A DNA stretch of 64,000 bases, taken from NCBI GenBank assembly GCA_037189525.1, contig JBBCJC010000002.1:1312001-1376000 (forward strand), given 5' to 3'. Of the stretch, positions 1-10,868 are shown one piece after another; position 1 is the first letter of the stretch, and every line of letters starts with the position of its first letter. The notes under the pieces were generated by a model. That model was given only the letters and a program-made list of their open reading frames with translations. It ran no database searches and was not told where the DNA came from. The position numbers and the translations under genes are program-made. Source of the stretch: Gemmatimonadales bacterium. Its GTDB lineage: Bacteria > Gemmatimonadota > Gemmatimonadetes > Gemmatimonadales > GWC2-71-9.

Positions 1-48
1 CTGATGCAGTTCAGCGACTGATTTCTGCTTCAGTTCTGATATATCCAC
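1..48 (-). CDS. rho: Transcription termination factor Rho, N-terminus (partial, runs off window)
   Basis: Minus strand from GTG at 48 reads (M)DISELKQKSVAELHQ, resembling the Rho N-terminal domain. Only 16 codons visible. Confidence 0.65.
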   Translation of the reverse strand, partial: MDISELKQKSVAELHQ

Positions 49-228
49 GGGAGGGTGCCTCATGTCCGCCGTCGAAGCGACGGGGGGACGGGTGAAGATG
101 ACAAAGTTGCCTATTCAAGAGCCCCAGAACCGGAGCGATATTGTAGTTGGCCGAGACGATGCTTTCGGGGGTTCATACCGGATGGATAAATCATTTTAGC
201 GAACCAACCTACCTCCGTCAAGACCGGC

Positions 229-1362
229 GTGGATCAATTCGAGCGGTTCTTTAGCGCCTGGCGTACCATCCGTTGCGGTTCCCGTGAAGCCATCGATGCT
301 CTGGTGTTGCCGGCGCATACGGCCCCGTCGCCGGATCTCTCGGCGTTCCTGGCTGGTTGGCGGGGGGCCTACTACTGGGCCGACCGGCCAGCGGGCCATT
401 TGGTCCTCATCCGCGCTGTAGAAAGAGACGTCCCGGTCCGGTGGATCACGCACGTCGTCCTCTTTCTCCTGACCCTGGTCTTTTCCCTGGCGGCCGGGGC
501 CGCGATGGCGGGGGTTTGGTACCCGGTCGACAATCCGGGCTTTCTGGTCGGGCTCGGTCGGGACCTGGTCGATTTTGTCCGCGGGATCGCAGCCGGCGAC
601 TGGAAGCTCTTCCTCGGCGGCTGGTCATTCGCGGTTCCCGCGATCGGGATTCTCCTGATTCATGAACTGGGGCACTATTGGGCCGCCCGCCGGTATCTGA
701 TCGACGCGAGCCCGCCCTATTTTCTTCCGGTGCCTCCGTCGGTGTCGCCGATCGGGAGCTTCGGGGCGTTCATCCGGGTTCAGAGCCCGGTCATCGACCG
801 GCGCCAGCTGGCCGACGTTGGCGCGGCGGGCCCGCTTGCCGGGTTCGTGGTGGCCCTGGGTGTGATGATCTGGGGGTACCTGACCTCGGAGCGGGTGGCC
901 TGGGAGCCCGGGCTGGCCAAGAGCTATGTCGTTTTTGCCGGGCAGCTGATCCGGCTGGGCGACTCGCTGCTGACGTATTGGCTGCGGGAGTGGCTGCTCC
1001 CGGGGGGGACGGCCGTGCACCTGAGCCTGCCCGCCTTTGCCGGCTGGGTCGGGTGTTTTCTGACCGGCCTCAACCTGCTGCCGCTGAGCCAGCTCGATGG
1101 CGGCCATATCGCCTACGGATATCTCGGGAAGCGGCAGCACTGGCTGGCGATGATCACGGTCGCTGCGCTGCTCTTCCTGTCCCAGTACTCGTTCAGCTGG
1201 CTGATCTGGGTCGTGATGGCATTCGTGATCGGCGGCGGGCGCCTCTCGCATCCGCCGGTGGTGGTGCCGGATCGTCCCATTCCCGCCCGGCGCGCCTGGG
1301 TGGGCGTGGCATGCCTGATCGTGTTCGTGATAACCTTCGTCCCAATCCCCCTCGTCATGTGA
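229..1362 (+). CDS. Site-2 protease (M50 family intramembrane metalloprotease)
   Basis: HELGH zinc motif, AGPLAG, NLLPLSQLDGG motif, multiple TM segments. Confidence 0.9.
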   Translation: MDQFERFFSAWRTIRCGSREAIDALVLPAHTAPSPDLSAFLAGWRGAYYWADRPAGHLVLIRAVERDVPVRWITHVVLFLLTLVFSLAAGAAMAGVWYPVDNPGFLVGLGRDLVDFVRGIAAGDWKLFLGGWSFAVPAIGILLIHELGHYWAARRYLIDASPPYFLPVPPSVSPIGSFGAFIRVQSPVIDRRQLADVGAAGPLAGFVVALGVMIWGYLTSERVAWEPGLAKSYVVFAGQLIRLGDSLLTYWLREWLLPGGTAVHLSLPAFAGWVGCFLTGLNLLPLSQLDGGHIAYGYLGKRQHWLAMITVAALLFLSQYSFSWLIWVVMAFVIGGGRLSHPPVVVPDRPIPARRAWVGVACLIVFVITFVPIPLVM

Positions 1363-1568
1363 GTCCGGATGTGAGCGACCCCGATGCGCTGTATACGCTC
1401 CGGCACGACCTGGCCAATCCACTGGCCGCGCTCTTGGCCGAGACGCAGTTGCTGCTGATGGAGCCCGAGAAACTGGACGAGGAGACGCTGACCTCGTTAC
1501 GGGAGATCGAGAAGCTGGCGATTCGGATGCGCTCGATCCTGCGCGGCGAGCACCGCAGTACTCAGTAG
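1359..1568 (+). CDS. Small stand-alone HisKA/DHp-domain protein
   Basis: LRHDLANPLAALL H-box followed by two helices. GTG overlaps the upstream stop (alternative GTG at 1371). Confidence 0.7.
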   Translation: MSPDVSDPDALYTLRHDLANPLAALLAETQLLLMEPEKLDEETLTSLREIEKLAIRMRSILRGEHRSTQ

Positions 1569-1605
1569 GCATCGCGGCAGGAACGCCGGTCTCTGTGGGG
1601 CGTTC

Positions 1606-2121
1606 TCAGGGCGATGTCGAATCTGTCGGATAAAGTACCAGCCGCACCGTGTCATAGACCGGTGGTTGGCCCAGCGGAGCCAGCGTGATTCGCTTGACGA
1701 CAGAGCCGCTGGCGAAGGGTAGAACCTTTTCCCCTATCACGATGACGTCCGGTTGGGCGGTCCAGGAGGCGGAGATCCGTACCGTTGCCGTATCCGGAGT
1801 CGTCTCCGGTTGGGCAAGGGTGCGGGTCACCTCGAGCTGAACCGGCTCGCCATTCAAGCGATGTACCTCGGTCATGGTCGAGACGCCACCCCGCTGGTTG
1901 ATGCCTGCCAGATGGACGGTCAACCAGCTGACCCGGCGCGGCAAGAGCTGGACGATGGGCCCACCGTCTTCCGTCGTCAGATAGACCACGATACGAGCGC
2001 AGCCCCAATTGCCGAACTCGTCCGTCATGCGGCACACCTCTTCGGAGGGACCTGATGCGCAGCCGCCGGATAGCAGAATGACCGCGAGGCTCGTCGCGCT
2101 GATGAAAGAAGGACGCTTCAC
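1606..2121 (-). CDS. Hypothetical lipoprotein
   Basis: Signal peptide ending LSGGC. Confidence 0.6.
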   Translation of the reverse strand: MKRPSFISATSLAVILLSGGCASGPSEEVCRMTDEFGNWGCARIVVYLTTEDGGPIVQLLPRRVSWLTVHLAGINQRGGVSTMTEVHRLNGEPVQLEVTRTLAQPETTPDTATVRISASWTAQPDVIVIGEKVLPFASGSVVKRITLAPLGQPPVYDTVRLVLYPTDSTSP

Positions 2122-2136
2122 GGTTCGACCACGGGC

Positions 2137-2664
2137 TCAGCAGACCGGGTACTGGACGCCCGGTATCTGGGCCGAGGCCCAGAGATAGAGGGTGTCTGGC
2201 GGTTGTGCCGGGGCGGCCTCGAGCTGTCGAATGGCCACCTTGCGCTGCACCTCGGAACATACGAACCAACTGTACCGGTTGCGCAGGGCATGTACGCCTA
2301 CGAAGATCACATGTTTCCGCTCAACGGGAAGCGCGGCTGTGATCTGTGCGAGGGTGTCGCCGTTTGGGGTCACCAGCGCCACGGTGATCGGCCAGCCCGG
2401 GTTATCCGCCAGCGTGAGTGAACTGCTCCGGTAGTAGCTGCCATCCAGTTGGAAATCAGCGCCGCGCATCACGACCTGTCCGTCCGGGCCGCCGACGACT
2501 TGGAGATAGCTCGCCGGAAGCGTCGACGCGCCGAAGTACCCGACGTCGAGAATAGCCGGCGCCTCCTCCGGCTCGGAAGTGGAGGAGTGACAGCCACCCA
2601 GGCCAACCCAAGTCGCGGCGGCCAAGATCGAAAGGCCGAACCGGCGGGAGCGATCGATCTGCAT
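2137..2664 (-). CDS. Hypothetical lipoprotein
   Basis: ATG at 2664 gives MQIDRSRRFGLSILAAATWVGLGGC, a lipoprotein signal. The longer ORF overlaps the permease. Confidence 0.6.
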   Translation of the reverse strand: MQIDRSRRFGLSILAAATWVGLGGCHSSTSEPEEAPAILDVGYFGASTLPASYLQVVGGPDGQVVMRGADFQLDGSYYRSSSLTLADNPGWPITVALVTPNGDTLAQITAALPVERKHVIFVGVHALRNRYSWFVCSEVQRKVAIRQLEAAPAQPPDTLYLWASAQIPGVQYPVC

Positions 2665-2762
2665 GTCTCCAAGATGGGCCGTCGTCGCTCGTGGTGCAGT
2701 GACGGAGATCACCATTGGATTAGCGCCTGTCGGAGGGCGGTAGCCCGGTGTCGGGCGGCGGC

Positions 2763-5288
2763 CTAGCGTTCGTTGCGGAGCGCTTCGATCGGGTTGATTC
2801 GTCCGATCGGACGCGCCACTAGGTATGCACTGCCGGCCACGGCACCGGCAAGCATCGCGGCCGTGGTGATGAGCAGTACGGCACCGAATGCTTCTCCTCC
2901 GAATAGGAGGTGGTTGCGGGCGCCGAACAAGGCGCTGCTCAGGAGGCGTGACAGCCCCAGCGTCAGGCTGATCCCGATCACCCCGGCCAGCACGCCGATC
3001 ATGGTCGTTCGGAGCACCAGCCATCCCACCAAGCGCCTCGGGATGGCTCCCAGGGCCAGCCTGATTCCCATTTCCCGATAACGCGCCAGGACGACCTCGT
3101 TGACGGCGCTCGCGATGCTGGCGAGCGACAGTACCAGGCCGAGCATGGCGACCCACTGCATAGCCCGGAGGTTGAACCGGAGCCGGACCATGCCCCAGGT
3201 GTCGAGCGCCATGTCGTCGAACCGCTGAATTGCTTCGACCCGAAAGCCCGGCGCTGCCGACTCGATCGCGGTCACGAGTGCGCCGCGGGCGCGGCCGTCG
3301 AGCCGGTCGGTGCGCATTGCCACCGTTAGTGCTCCTGTCCATGGTATCTGATGCGGCGTTCGGTCGACGAACTGGCTGAGCGGCTGGAAGAAGGACGGAT
3401 AGAACTCGCCCGGGTACATCGCAGCGTATCGGTAGGCCTCCTGATTGACCGGGTGGGTGTTGGCGACGACGCCCACGACCGTGAGCCAAGGGTACGGAGA
3501 TGTGAGGCTTCCGATCTTGAATCGGCGCCCGATCGGGTTTTCACCTGGCCACCAGGCTCGGGCGGTCTGTTCCGTGACGAGCGCAACCGGCTCCGTACCG
3601 CGGCGGTCGGCGTCGGTGATATCGCGGCCGTCGATTACACGGAGGCCGATTGCGTTCACGAACCCCGGAAGGACACCCGTTGCGTTCAATGGCGCGGTGC
3701 AGTCCGTGGGATGGCGACAGTTGGCGATGAGACGTCGTTCGACGCCGGCGATCGTCACCCAGGGCTCACCGCGTTCGGCCATGACGCTGGGCGAGGCGGT
3801 GCGCCAGACGGTCGGGGTACGAACGCCTGCCACGCCCGCGATCCCGCGCGCGATGGCGTCCGCCGCCGCGTATCGGTCCGCATCGGACATCTGTCCGGCA
3901 TTTCGGGGCATGAGCGATGCCGCCACCAGGTCCTTCGTCTCGAAGCCGAGGTCGGCGTGGCGGACTCGGGTGAGCGACCGGGCCGGTGTTGCTGCCGTTG
4001 CCACGAGGACGACGGTGACAGCAAGCTGTGCAACGATCAGGCCAGTTCGTAGGAGGTTGCGCCCGCCACCGGCGACCGTGCCTACCGATCCGTCGGAACC
4101 GCCTGCCTGGAGATTCGATTCTCGTAAGGTCAGGATGCCTCCGATGGCACCCGCAACCGCGATAGTGCATCCGATCAGGAACGTGGCGCCGATGGCGCTC
4201 CAGTCGGGGCGCAGCTCGACGGCCAGCCCCAGTCGATGTTGAAGGAGAGGCCCTACGATCCGGAGGCTGATGAGCCCGGCGACGATCCCGAATCCGCTGG
4301 CGATCGCTCCGAGCACCGCTTGTTCGAGCAGTGCCACGGTGCGAAGCTGACTGCGTGAGGCGCCCAAGGCGGCCAGGATGGCAAACTCACCGGCCCGCCC
4401 CAACGTACGTCCGATGCCGATCAGCTGGAGCGTCAGGGCAAGTAGCGCCAGGATGGCCAGGTTGATCGTAATTGCCGTCCGGACCAAGTCGCTGTTACCC
4501 GTCTCGAGGTGGCTTGCGAGCGGGATGGCTATCAGTCCAGGACGCTCGTCTGTTGGCTGAGTAGCCGGCCACAGTTCGTCGGCCAGTACCCTCAACCGTG
4601 TGCGCAGCGCCGCGAACGCACCGGGCTCGGTGACCCGGACCAGGCCGCCGAAGAACCCCGTGCCGCTGTGCCGGTCCGCCTCGATGCCGTTAGTCAGGAG
4701 ATCGGTGCCCATCGGATACTCGGCTCCTGCCCGAAGCACCCCGACGATCTGGTACTGTTCACCGTCCAGATCGAGACGCTGCCCAATCACATCCGATGAA
4801 CGCGCGAAGTGCCTCCGCCATGCCGTTTCGGAGAGTAGCGCTACTCGAGGGGCTCCCGCGATGTCGTCGGCCGGCAGCAGCGGGCGGCCTGCGTGTACCG
4901 GACTGGTATGGAGCGCCGTGATTCGGCTCGAGGTTGCTGTGCCGGAGAACGTTCCGTGCCCATCGCCGTTCCGCCAATTGAAGCTGCGCATCCTAAAGGG
5001 AATGAACTCCGGCCCGACGACGTCACGGGCAATATGTTCCAGCGAGGCGCGGTCGAGCCAGTCGGGACAAAGGGTATCACATTGCCGATCGGTCGATGCC
5101 ATGACCACCGCGACCGAAGCGGGGTCGCGAAACTCGGCGAACCGAGCGTTGGTGGCATATTGGATCGACACAATGATCGTCGTCAGGGCGATGATCGGCC
5201 CCATGACGAGGACGAAGAACGCCGAGTGGGTGCGGGAGCGCCAAATCGAACGCAGCGATCGACGTATACCTGCAAGCAGCCATGTCAT
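2763..5288 (-). CDS. ABC transporter permease (MacB/FtsX-like, duplicated ADOP type)
   Basis: Two MacB-PCD + FtsX halves, REMGIRLALGA, C-terminal INPIEALRNE. Confidence 0.88.
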   Translation of the reverse strand: MTWLLAGIRRSLRSIWRSRTHSAFFVLVMGPIIALTTIIVSIQYATNARFAEFRDPASVAVVMASTDRQCDTLCPDWLDRASLEHIARDVVGPEFIPFRMRSFNWRNGDGHGTFSGTATSSRITALHTSPVHAGRPLLPADDIAGAPRVALLSETAWRRHFARSSDVIGQRLDLDGEQYQIVGVLRAGAEYPMGTDLLTNGIEADRHSGTGFFGGLVRVTEPGAFAALRTRLRVLADELWPATQPTDERPGLIAIPLASHLETGNSDLVRTAITINLAILALLALTLQLIGIGRTLGRAGEFAILAALGASRSQLRTVALLEQAVLGAIASGFGIVAGLISLRIVGPLLQHRLGLAVELRPDWSAIGATFLIGCTIAVAGAIGGILTLRESNLQAGGSDGSVGTVAGGGRNLLRTGLIVAQLAVTVVLVATAATPARSLTRVRHADLGFETKDLVAASLMPRNAGQMSDADRYAAADAIARGIAGVAGVRTPTVWRTASPSVMAERGEPWVTIAGVERRLIANCRHPTDCTAPLNATGVLPGFVNAIGLRVIDGRDITDADRRGTEPVALVTEQTARAWWPGENPIGRRFKIGSLTSPYPWLTVVGVVANTHPVNQEAYRYAAMYPGEFYPSFFQPLSQFVDRTPHQIPWTGALTVAMRTDRLDGRARGALVTAIESAAPGFRVEAIQRFDDMALDTWGMVRLRFNLRAMQWVAMLGLVLSLASIASAVNEVVLARYREMGIRLALGAIPRRLVGWLVLRTTMIGVLAGVIGISLTLGLSRLLSSALFGARNHLLFGGEAFGAVLLITTAAMLAGAVAGSAYLVARPIGRINPIEALRNER

Positions 5289-5373
5289 CCGATGGCCCCC
5301 GGCTAGAGGATTGGTCCTACTATGGCGTCGGCGCTGGGGAAGCGCGCGAGGTATGGTGAATCCGATCGCGAAG

Positions 5374-7686
5374 TCAGTGATCAGCGACGCGCGCGTTGCC
5401 GGCTGTTCCGTCGAGGACCTGGCGGACCCCGCGCGCGAGCGCGCTCATCCGATACGGTTTCTGGAGGAAGGCGTCCGCACCTGCCGCCAGCAGGCTTTGG
5501 ACCACTTCGTTCATTTCATACCCGCTCGAGATCATGACGCGCAGGTCCGGGCGCGCCGCCTTCAGGAACGGGAATGCCTCGGCGCCTCCAGCCAGGGGCA
5601 TGCCGAGGTCGAGGATGCAGAGGTGAAGCGCGCCGTCGTGCGTTCGCGCCGCTTCCACCGCCTCGACGCCGTCGCGGGCAACCACGACCCGATACTGGAG
5701 GCGCTCGAGTAGCGTTTTGGTGATGTCGAGGACGGCCTCGTCGTCGTCCACCAGGAGGATCGTTTCACGACCGGTCGGGAACGGCTGCGGTTCCGGAACC
5801 ACGGTAGCGGGCACCGAAGCAACCGCAGGGAAGTAGGCACTGAAGGTGGTGCCTTTGCCGAGGGTGCTCTCCACCCCGATGTAACCGCGGTGGTTCTTGA
5901 CGATCCCGTACGCGGCTGCGAGTCCCAGCCCGCGTCCCTGGAACTTCGTGCTGAAGAACGGCTCGAAGATCTTCGACAGCGCCACCGGTTCGATGCCGGT
6001 GCCCGTGTCGCTGACCTGAATCAGCACCGCCGGCCCCACGCGGAGCCCCGGCTTGTTACGGATGTCGTTGTCGGTCAGGCGAATCTGCCTGGTGCGCACG
6101 GTGAGCCGGCCCACGCCCGGCGTCGCTTCGGTGGCGTTGATGCACAAATTGGTCACGACCTGACCGATCTGGACCGGATCGGCATCGATTGCGGGGCTCG
6201 TCGGATCGAGATCGACCTCGAGTTGGACTCGCGGCGGCATGGCGTGCTTCTGGAGATGTAGCGCTTGGGTCACGATCTCGTTGACCGAGACGGCCGAGGT
6301 CTGGTACTTGCCTCCTCGGGCATAAGCGAGCAGTTGCTGGGCCAGGGCTCCGCCGCGTTTGGCGGAGTCGGCCACCTGGGTCAGACGCGAGGGCGCATCA
6401 GGAAATCCCGGGTCCGCCAGCAACAGCTCGGCATTGCCGAGGATCGAAGTCATCAGGTTGTTGAAGTCGTGCGCGACGCCCGCGGCGAGTGTGGCGGTTG
6501 CTTCCATACGCGAGGCGGTGCGCAGGATCTCCTCGGTGCGCATCCGCTCCGTGATGTCGCGCGTGATGCAGGTGATCGACGGCGCCCCGGTACTGGTTGT
6601 GGCTGCCTGCGCCGTCATCTCGCACCACAGAGTCGACTCGTCGGGTCGGAGCAAGCGAAAGGTCGTCAGCCGTTCGGCATCGCCGACGGAGGCTCGGGCA
6701 ATGGCCGTGGCGACGACCGCACGGTCTTCCTGATGGACCAGCTCCACCAGCGAGAGGCCGACCAGGCTCTCGGGTGATCGCTGCAGCAGCGTGATGGCGG
6801 ATTTGGACGCAAAGAGGAACTGTCCGTCGGGCGTGTGCTGCGAAATCAGATCGTGGCTACCCTCGGTCAGGCGACGAAACCGGAGCTCCGCCGTCTCGAA
6901 CTCGGCTTTGGTCCGGTGCAGCGCCGTCACGTCCTGGGTGACGACGAGCACCGAGGAGAGCGATCCGTCGGCGCGCTGTTCCGGCAGCGCCGAGCCCGCA
7001 AACCACCGGGTTCCGCCGCCCAGTTCCTGGGAAAAACCGAATCGCCGCGGGTTGGCGGACTGGACGACGTATTGCACCGCCTCGCTCCAGGCTTGAGCCG
7101 CCGCCTGTGACAGTCCGATGTCTGATGGGGTCCGGCCCAGCAGCCGGCTCGGGTGCGCACCGAAGACGCCATGCGCGGCGACATTGGCAAAGATCAGTCG
7201 CTGCTCGTGATCGAACCGGGCGACCGCAATCGGGAGTCGGTCGAGGGTCTCCGCCGGCGTCGGCGCGGTGCCGGTCAGGGTGGGCCGGAAGTAGGCGGCC
7301 GTCAGTCGCTGGTGCTCGAGCGGTACGGCGCGGAAGGCGACCGACAGGCGGAGGATGTGTCCATCGCGATGCCGGGCGACAAAGGTCGTGCTTTCGCCCA
7401 ATCCGGCGGCGGTGTCGTCCGCGCGGCTCGTCGGGAGGGTCGGAACGACTTCATGCAGGGGACGGCCCAGGAGCTCGACGCGACGGTAGCCGAAGAGCGA
7501 TTCCGCCGAGTGATTCACGATCACGATACGGTCCTGGTCGTCCGCCACGATCGCGGGATCGGGGGCGTATTCCAGGAATGAGACGAGCGAGTCGATCCCC
7601 TGGTCGGTCATGGCCTTGCAATCGGAGACGAGATCTCGAAGGAGTCGAGATGCCCGAAATCTGATCGCAGCCGAGTGCGATTTCAA
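5374..7686 (-). CDS. Multi-PAS hybrid sensor histidine kinase/response regulator
   Basis: PAS domains, AHDFNNL H-box, NLCINA, DTGTGI, FFSTK-GRGLGL, C-terminal receiver ILLVDDD. Start uncertain. Confidence 0.92.
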   Translation of the reverse strand: MKSHSAAIRFRASRLLRDLVSDCKAMTDQGIDSLVSFLEYAPDPAIVADDQDRIVIVNHSAESLFGYRRVELLGRPLHEVVPTLPTSRADDTAAGLGESTTFVARHRDGHILRLSVAFRAVPLEHQRLTAAYFRPTLTGTAPTPAETLDRLPIAVARFDHEQRLIFANVAAHGVFGAHPSRLLGRTPSDIGLSQAAAQAWSEAVQYVVQSANPRRFGFSQELGGGTRWFAGSALPEQRADGSLSSVLVVTQDVTALHRTKAEFETAELRFRRLTEGSHDLISQHTPDGQFLFASKSAITLLQRSPESLVGLSLVELVHQEDRAVVATAIARASVGDAERLTTFRLLRPDESTLWCEMTAQAATTSTGAPSITCITRDITERMRTEEILRTASRMEATATLAAGVAHDFNNLMTSILGNAELLLADPGFPDAPSRLTQVADSAKRGGALAQQLLAYARGGKYQTSAVSVNEIVTQALHLQKHAMPPRVQLEVDLDPTSPAIDADPVQIGQVVTNLCINATEATPGVGRLTVRTRQIRLTDNDIRNKPGLRVGPAVLIQVSDTGTGIEPVALSKIFEPFFSTKFQGRGLGLAAAYGIVKNHRGYIGVESTLGKGTTFSAYFPAVASVPATVVPEPQPFPTGRETILLVDDDEAVLDITKTLLERLQYRVVVARDGVEAVEAARTHDGALHLCILDLGMPLAGGAEAFPFLKAARPDLRVMISSGYEMNEVVQSLLAAGADAFLQKPYRMSALARGVRQVLDGTAGNARVADH

Positions 7687-7750
7687 CCGAACGGCAAGGA
7701 GGGACGACCAGGGCGTCAGCTGCGCTCGAATCGGACCCGGCCAGGCGGCA

Positions 7751-10036
7751 TCAGAAGTCCGCCCGCAGCGTGAAGGTCGGAATCGGCGGCAAATCGAAGA
7801 GGCGGCGATAGGGAAGCGAGTTGCCGGCCGGATCGGTGGCGTAGGCGCCCGCGGCCTGGCTCATGAAATCTCCGAACGGTGCCACCGCAGTGCCAAACAG
7901 GTTGATGATGGCGAGGCCGAGTGTAAATCGCCTCCGATTGGCGCCACCGAAGCTGTACTGGGTCCCGATATCGAAGCGGAAGGTTCCGCTGGTGGCCGCG
8001 CTATGTTCGGTGCCGTAGACGGGAGGCGTGGCGGCCCGCCCGCTGGCAGTCGTGCCCGGCGGGATGTCGGGTACGCCGGGCACGGGCAGCGTGTAGGCAA
8101 TCGGAGTGACCGGCAGTCCGGATGCGAGGTCGAACGCGCCCGACCAGGCCCACCCGCCGGTCCGAACCTGGGTAAAGGCGCGCAGATGATGGCGCCGATC
8201 CAGTGCCCAGGGCACCCAGTCGTCGTTCCAGCGACGCTCTGATCGCGACAGGACATAGCTTATCGACGCCGACTGCAGCGCACCGTCACTGTTGCGGATC
8301 GCAAGCTGCGCTTCCAGGCCGCTGGTTCGCGATTGCCCGAAACGGAAGAGCGCCTGCGATGTCGGACGCTGTGCGTGGCTCGGTCTCAACTCGCCGAGTC
8401 CATTGCCGGACGATCGATACAGAGACAGCCGAGCCACGACCGGTGAGAGATCGAGGCGCAGGTCAACGCTGCCGTGATCGACCACCGCCGCTGGAATCGA
8501 GTCGCCGCTGCTGAGCCAGAAGTCGAGGAAGTCGAACTCGGGTTCCGAGCGGGACTCGGAGAGCACGTGATAGAGCCGGCTGGTCCGTCCCACCGCCGCG
8601 CTCAACTCGACACGCGGCGCGGCAGCCCAGCGCGCATGGATACGCGGCTGGGTCGTCCGCTGTCCCGCTGCGGCATCGATGCGCACCGCGCCTTCGATCG
8701 TTATGGGTCCCAGCTGCCGGGCGAGATTCAGATAGGTGCCGAATTCCCACCGCTCAGCCGCAAGGTCGGCAGCGGGAAACTCGAACGGAGGTCGTTCCAT
8801 GCCGTCGGGAATCTCTACGGATTCGACGATCCGGTTGGTCACCGAACGCCATCCCAGGCTGAGGCCGAGCCCCAGTCGCGATATTGCGGAGGTGGCGACG
8901 AGATCGAGGCCGGCCGCCGAGCGGCTGAATTGGTTCCGAATGTCGGTGTTCGCGATACTGTAGAGTCCTGGAACATCCTCTCCACGTTGTGTGAAACGGG
9001 AAACCGAGGCGGACGCCTCGAGGCTCGCGGCCCCTTGGTCGAGGATCCGCCACCGGCCCCCCGTCATGAGATTGTCCCAATGCAGATAACTCCGCTGATC
9101 GATCTTGCCGGCCCGGTCTTGCGTAGCAAATACAGTGATCCGTCCGCGAGGGCGTTCCGGCGTGCCGAAGACGGCGCCGGCGTAGAGGTCTTCGAAGTGG
9201 TAGGGTACCTCGAGGTTGGGCACCAGATCGAGAGCCTTCCAGTAGAACATCCGGGTGTTGGCGAAGTATCGGATCCCGGGTCCGCCGCCGCCGGCGTACG
9301 CGCTGAGTGATCCATAGCTCCATCCCGCGCCGGCGTGCAGGCGATCCAGCTGTCCGGTTCGTCCGCTGATGTCGATGATCCCGGCAATGGAGCCGCCGTG
9401 GTTGGCCGGATAAGGCGCCGTCGAGACGGTGATCTGCTCCGCCGCGTCGGCGGGGAACGATGAAAAGACTCGACCCAGGTGGTAGAGATTGAGGATCTCG
9501 AATCCGTCGATCCGCGTGGTCACGTCCTGGGCGTCGTAACCTCGCATCGACGGGCGAGCGGACAGCGGGCTCGAGAACGTGACGGCCGGTACGAAGGCCA
9601 GGGCACGAAAGACATCGGTTTCGACGGCCGGAGGAATCGCGCGGGCATGGGCCAGCGGCATGGTCCACTGGCCGTGCTCCGCGAGGTCGAGCCGGCGGGA
9701 GGGCGCGGCGACAGCCAGGAGATCGGCCATGATCAGGACCGCCCGTGACAACCGGATGGTGAGCGCTTCGCTCGGCACTAAACCGATCGGCATCGTGTCG
9801 GGTTGCCATCCGATGGCGCTGACGACGAGGGTGTCGGGCAGGATCGACATCGTCAGTGTAAATCGCCCGAGCCGGTCACTGGCCGTCGCCTGCCTGCTGC
9901 GCATCGTCGTGAGCGTTGCGCCTGCGATCGGGGTGGCGCCCTCGACGGCCACGATCGTACCGCTGAGGGTCTGTGCCCCAAGATTCACCGGCGGCAGCAC
10001 ACCGGCAAGCAGAGTTGCGAGCAGGAGCCGGCTCAT
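7751..10036 (-). CDS. TonB-dependent receptor
   Basis: Signal peptide, carboxypeptidase-regulatory-like N-terminus, plug region, C-terminal ...LRADF. Confidence 0.8.
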   Translation of the reverse strand: MSRLLLATLLAGVLPPVNLGAQTLSGTIVAVEGATPIAGATLTTMRSRQATASDRLGRFTLTMSILPDTLVVSAIGWQPDTMPIGLVPSEALTIRLSRAVLIMADLLAVAAPSRRLDLAEHGQWTMPLAHARAIPPAVETDVFRALAFVPAVTFSSPLSARPSMRGYDAQDVTTRIDGFEILNLYHLGRVFSSFPADAAEQITVSTAPYPANHGGSIAGIIDISGRTGQLDRLHAGAGWSYGSLSAYAGGGGPGIRYFANTRMFYWKALDLVPNLEVPYHFEDLYAGAVFGTPERPRGRITVFATQDRAGKIDQRSYLHWDNLMTGGRWRILDQGAASLEASASVSRFTQRGEDVPGLYSIANTDIRNQFSRSAAGLDLVATSAISRLGLGLSLGWRSVTNRIVESVEIPDGMERPPFEFPAADLAAERWEFGTYLNLARQLGPITIEGAVRIDAAAGQRTTQPRIHARWAAAPRVELSAAVGRTSRLYHVLSESRSEPEFDFLDFWLSSGDSIPAAVVDHGSVDLRLDLSPVVARLSLYRSSGNGLGELRPSHAQRPTSQALFRFGQSRTSGLEAQLAIRNSDGALQSASISYVLSRSERRWNDDWVPWALDRRHHLRAFTQVRTGGWAWSGAFDLASGLPVTPIAYTLPVPGVPDIPPGTTASGRAATPPVYGTEHSAATSGTFRFDIGTQYSFGGANRRRFTLGLAIINLFGTAVAPFGDFMSQAAGAYATDPAGNSLPYRRLFDLPPIPTFTLRADF

Positions 10037-10752
10037 CGGGTCACCAGGCTGCGCTCAACCGCGATCGCCGCGCCGACGACCCCGAATCCGCCGAAGACGT
10101 TGCTGGCCGGCGCGGGCATCCGATAGAGGTACTCGTCCAGGTCGCGATTGACCGCGACGATGCGGAGCTGCCGGATCGGGGTGCCAGCCCGCCGGCGGGC
10201 AACGATCATCTGTCCGATCGGGGCGCGGGTTGCCGGTTGCCCGGGCGGAAACCAGGCCGAGTCGACCACGAAGGCCGTGGCGCCGAAGGCGTGCCAGCGG
10301 TAGTCGATGGCGGTGGTCAGAGCGTCCCCGATGGGCGCAGCGAGGATGATGCTGTCGCCGGCGGGGGCGTCGATGATGAACTGCTCCGGCACCGTGGTGG
10401 AGGCGTGGATTGCGGCGTCCCCGATTCGCCCCGCGAGCCGATACCGATGGCCGGCGAGAATCGGGAGGGTCGCGACAAAGAGGGTGTCGTTGTGTGGCGC
10501 CAGGCGGCTCGACTGTCCGGTTGTTTCGTTCGCCAAGGTCAGGTCGACGGCCGTTGCAGGGGCCGGGATGTTCGTGCCCGGCAACTGGCGATCAAGCCAG
10601 CCGACTCGCACCGTGGTGGTGGCGAACCCCGCGATCAGGGCCGCTTCCACAAACGGGATCCGGGCCGGCTCGGCCGGCGGGTCCACGATGTGGCCGCAGG
10701 CGGTGATGCCAGCCATGACGATTGGAACGAGCTGCCTGAGCGGTGTCGCCAT
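10033..10752 (-). CDS. DUF4249-like lipoprotein partnered with the TBDR
   Basis: Lipobox ITAC, C-terminal SNVFGGFGVVGA, coupled to the TBDR gene. Confidence 0.65.
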   Translation of the reverse strand: MATPLRQLVPIVMAGITACGHIVDPPAEPARIPFVEAALIAGFATTTVRVGWLDRQLPGTNIPAPATAVDLTLANETTGQSSRLAPHNDTLFVATLPILAGHRYRLAGRIGDAAIHASTTVPEQFIIDAPAGDSIILAAPIGDALTTAIDYRWHAFGATAFVVDSAWFPPGQPATRAPIGQMIVARRRAGTPIRQLRIVAVNRDLDEYLYRMPAPASNVFGGFGVVGAAIAVERSLVTR

Positions 10753-10868
10753 ATGCCCCGTCGGGGTCCGGATATGACGAACTTACCGGCCGGTCTCAAC
10801 CGATCGTCAAACGGTGCGGGGCATCCGCGGCGGCTCCGGATTCGGCGCCGGCGCCGCCGCGGGATGGG

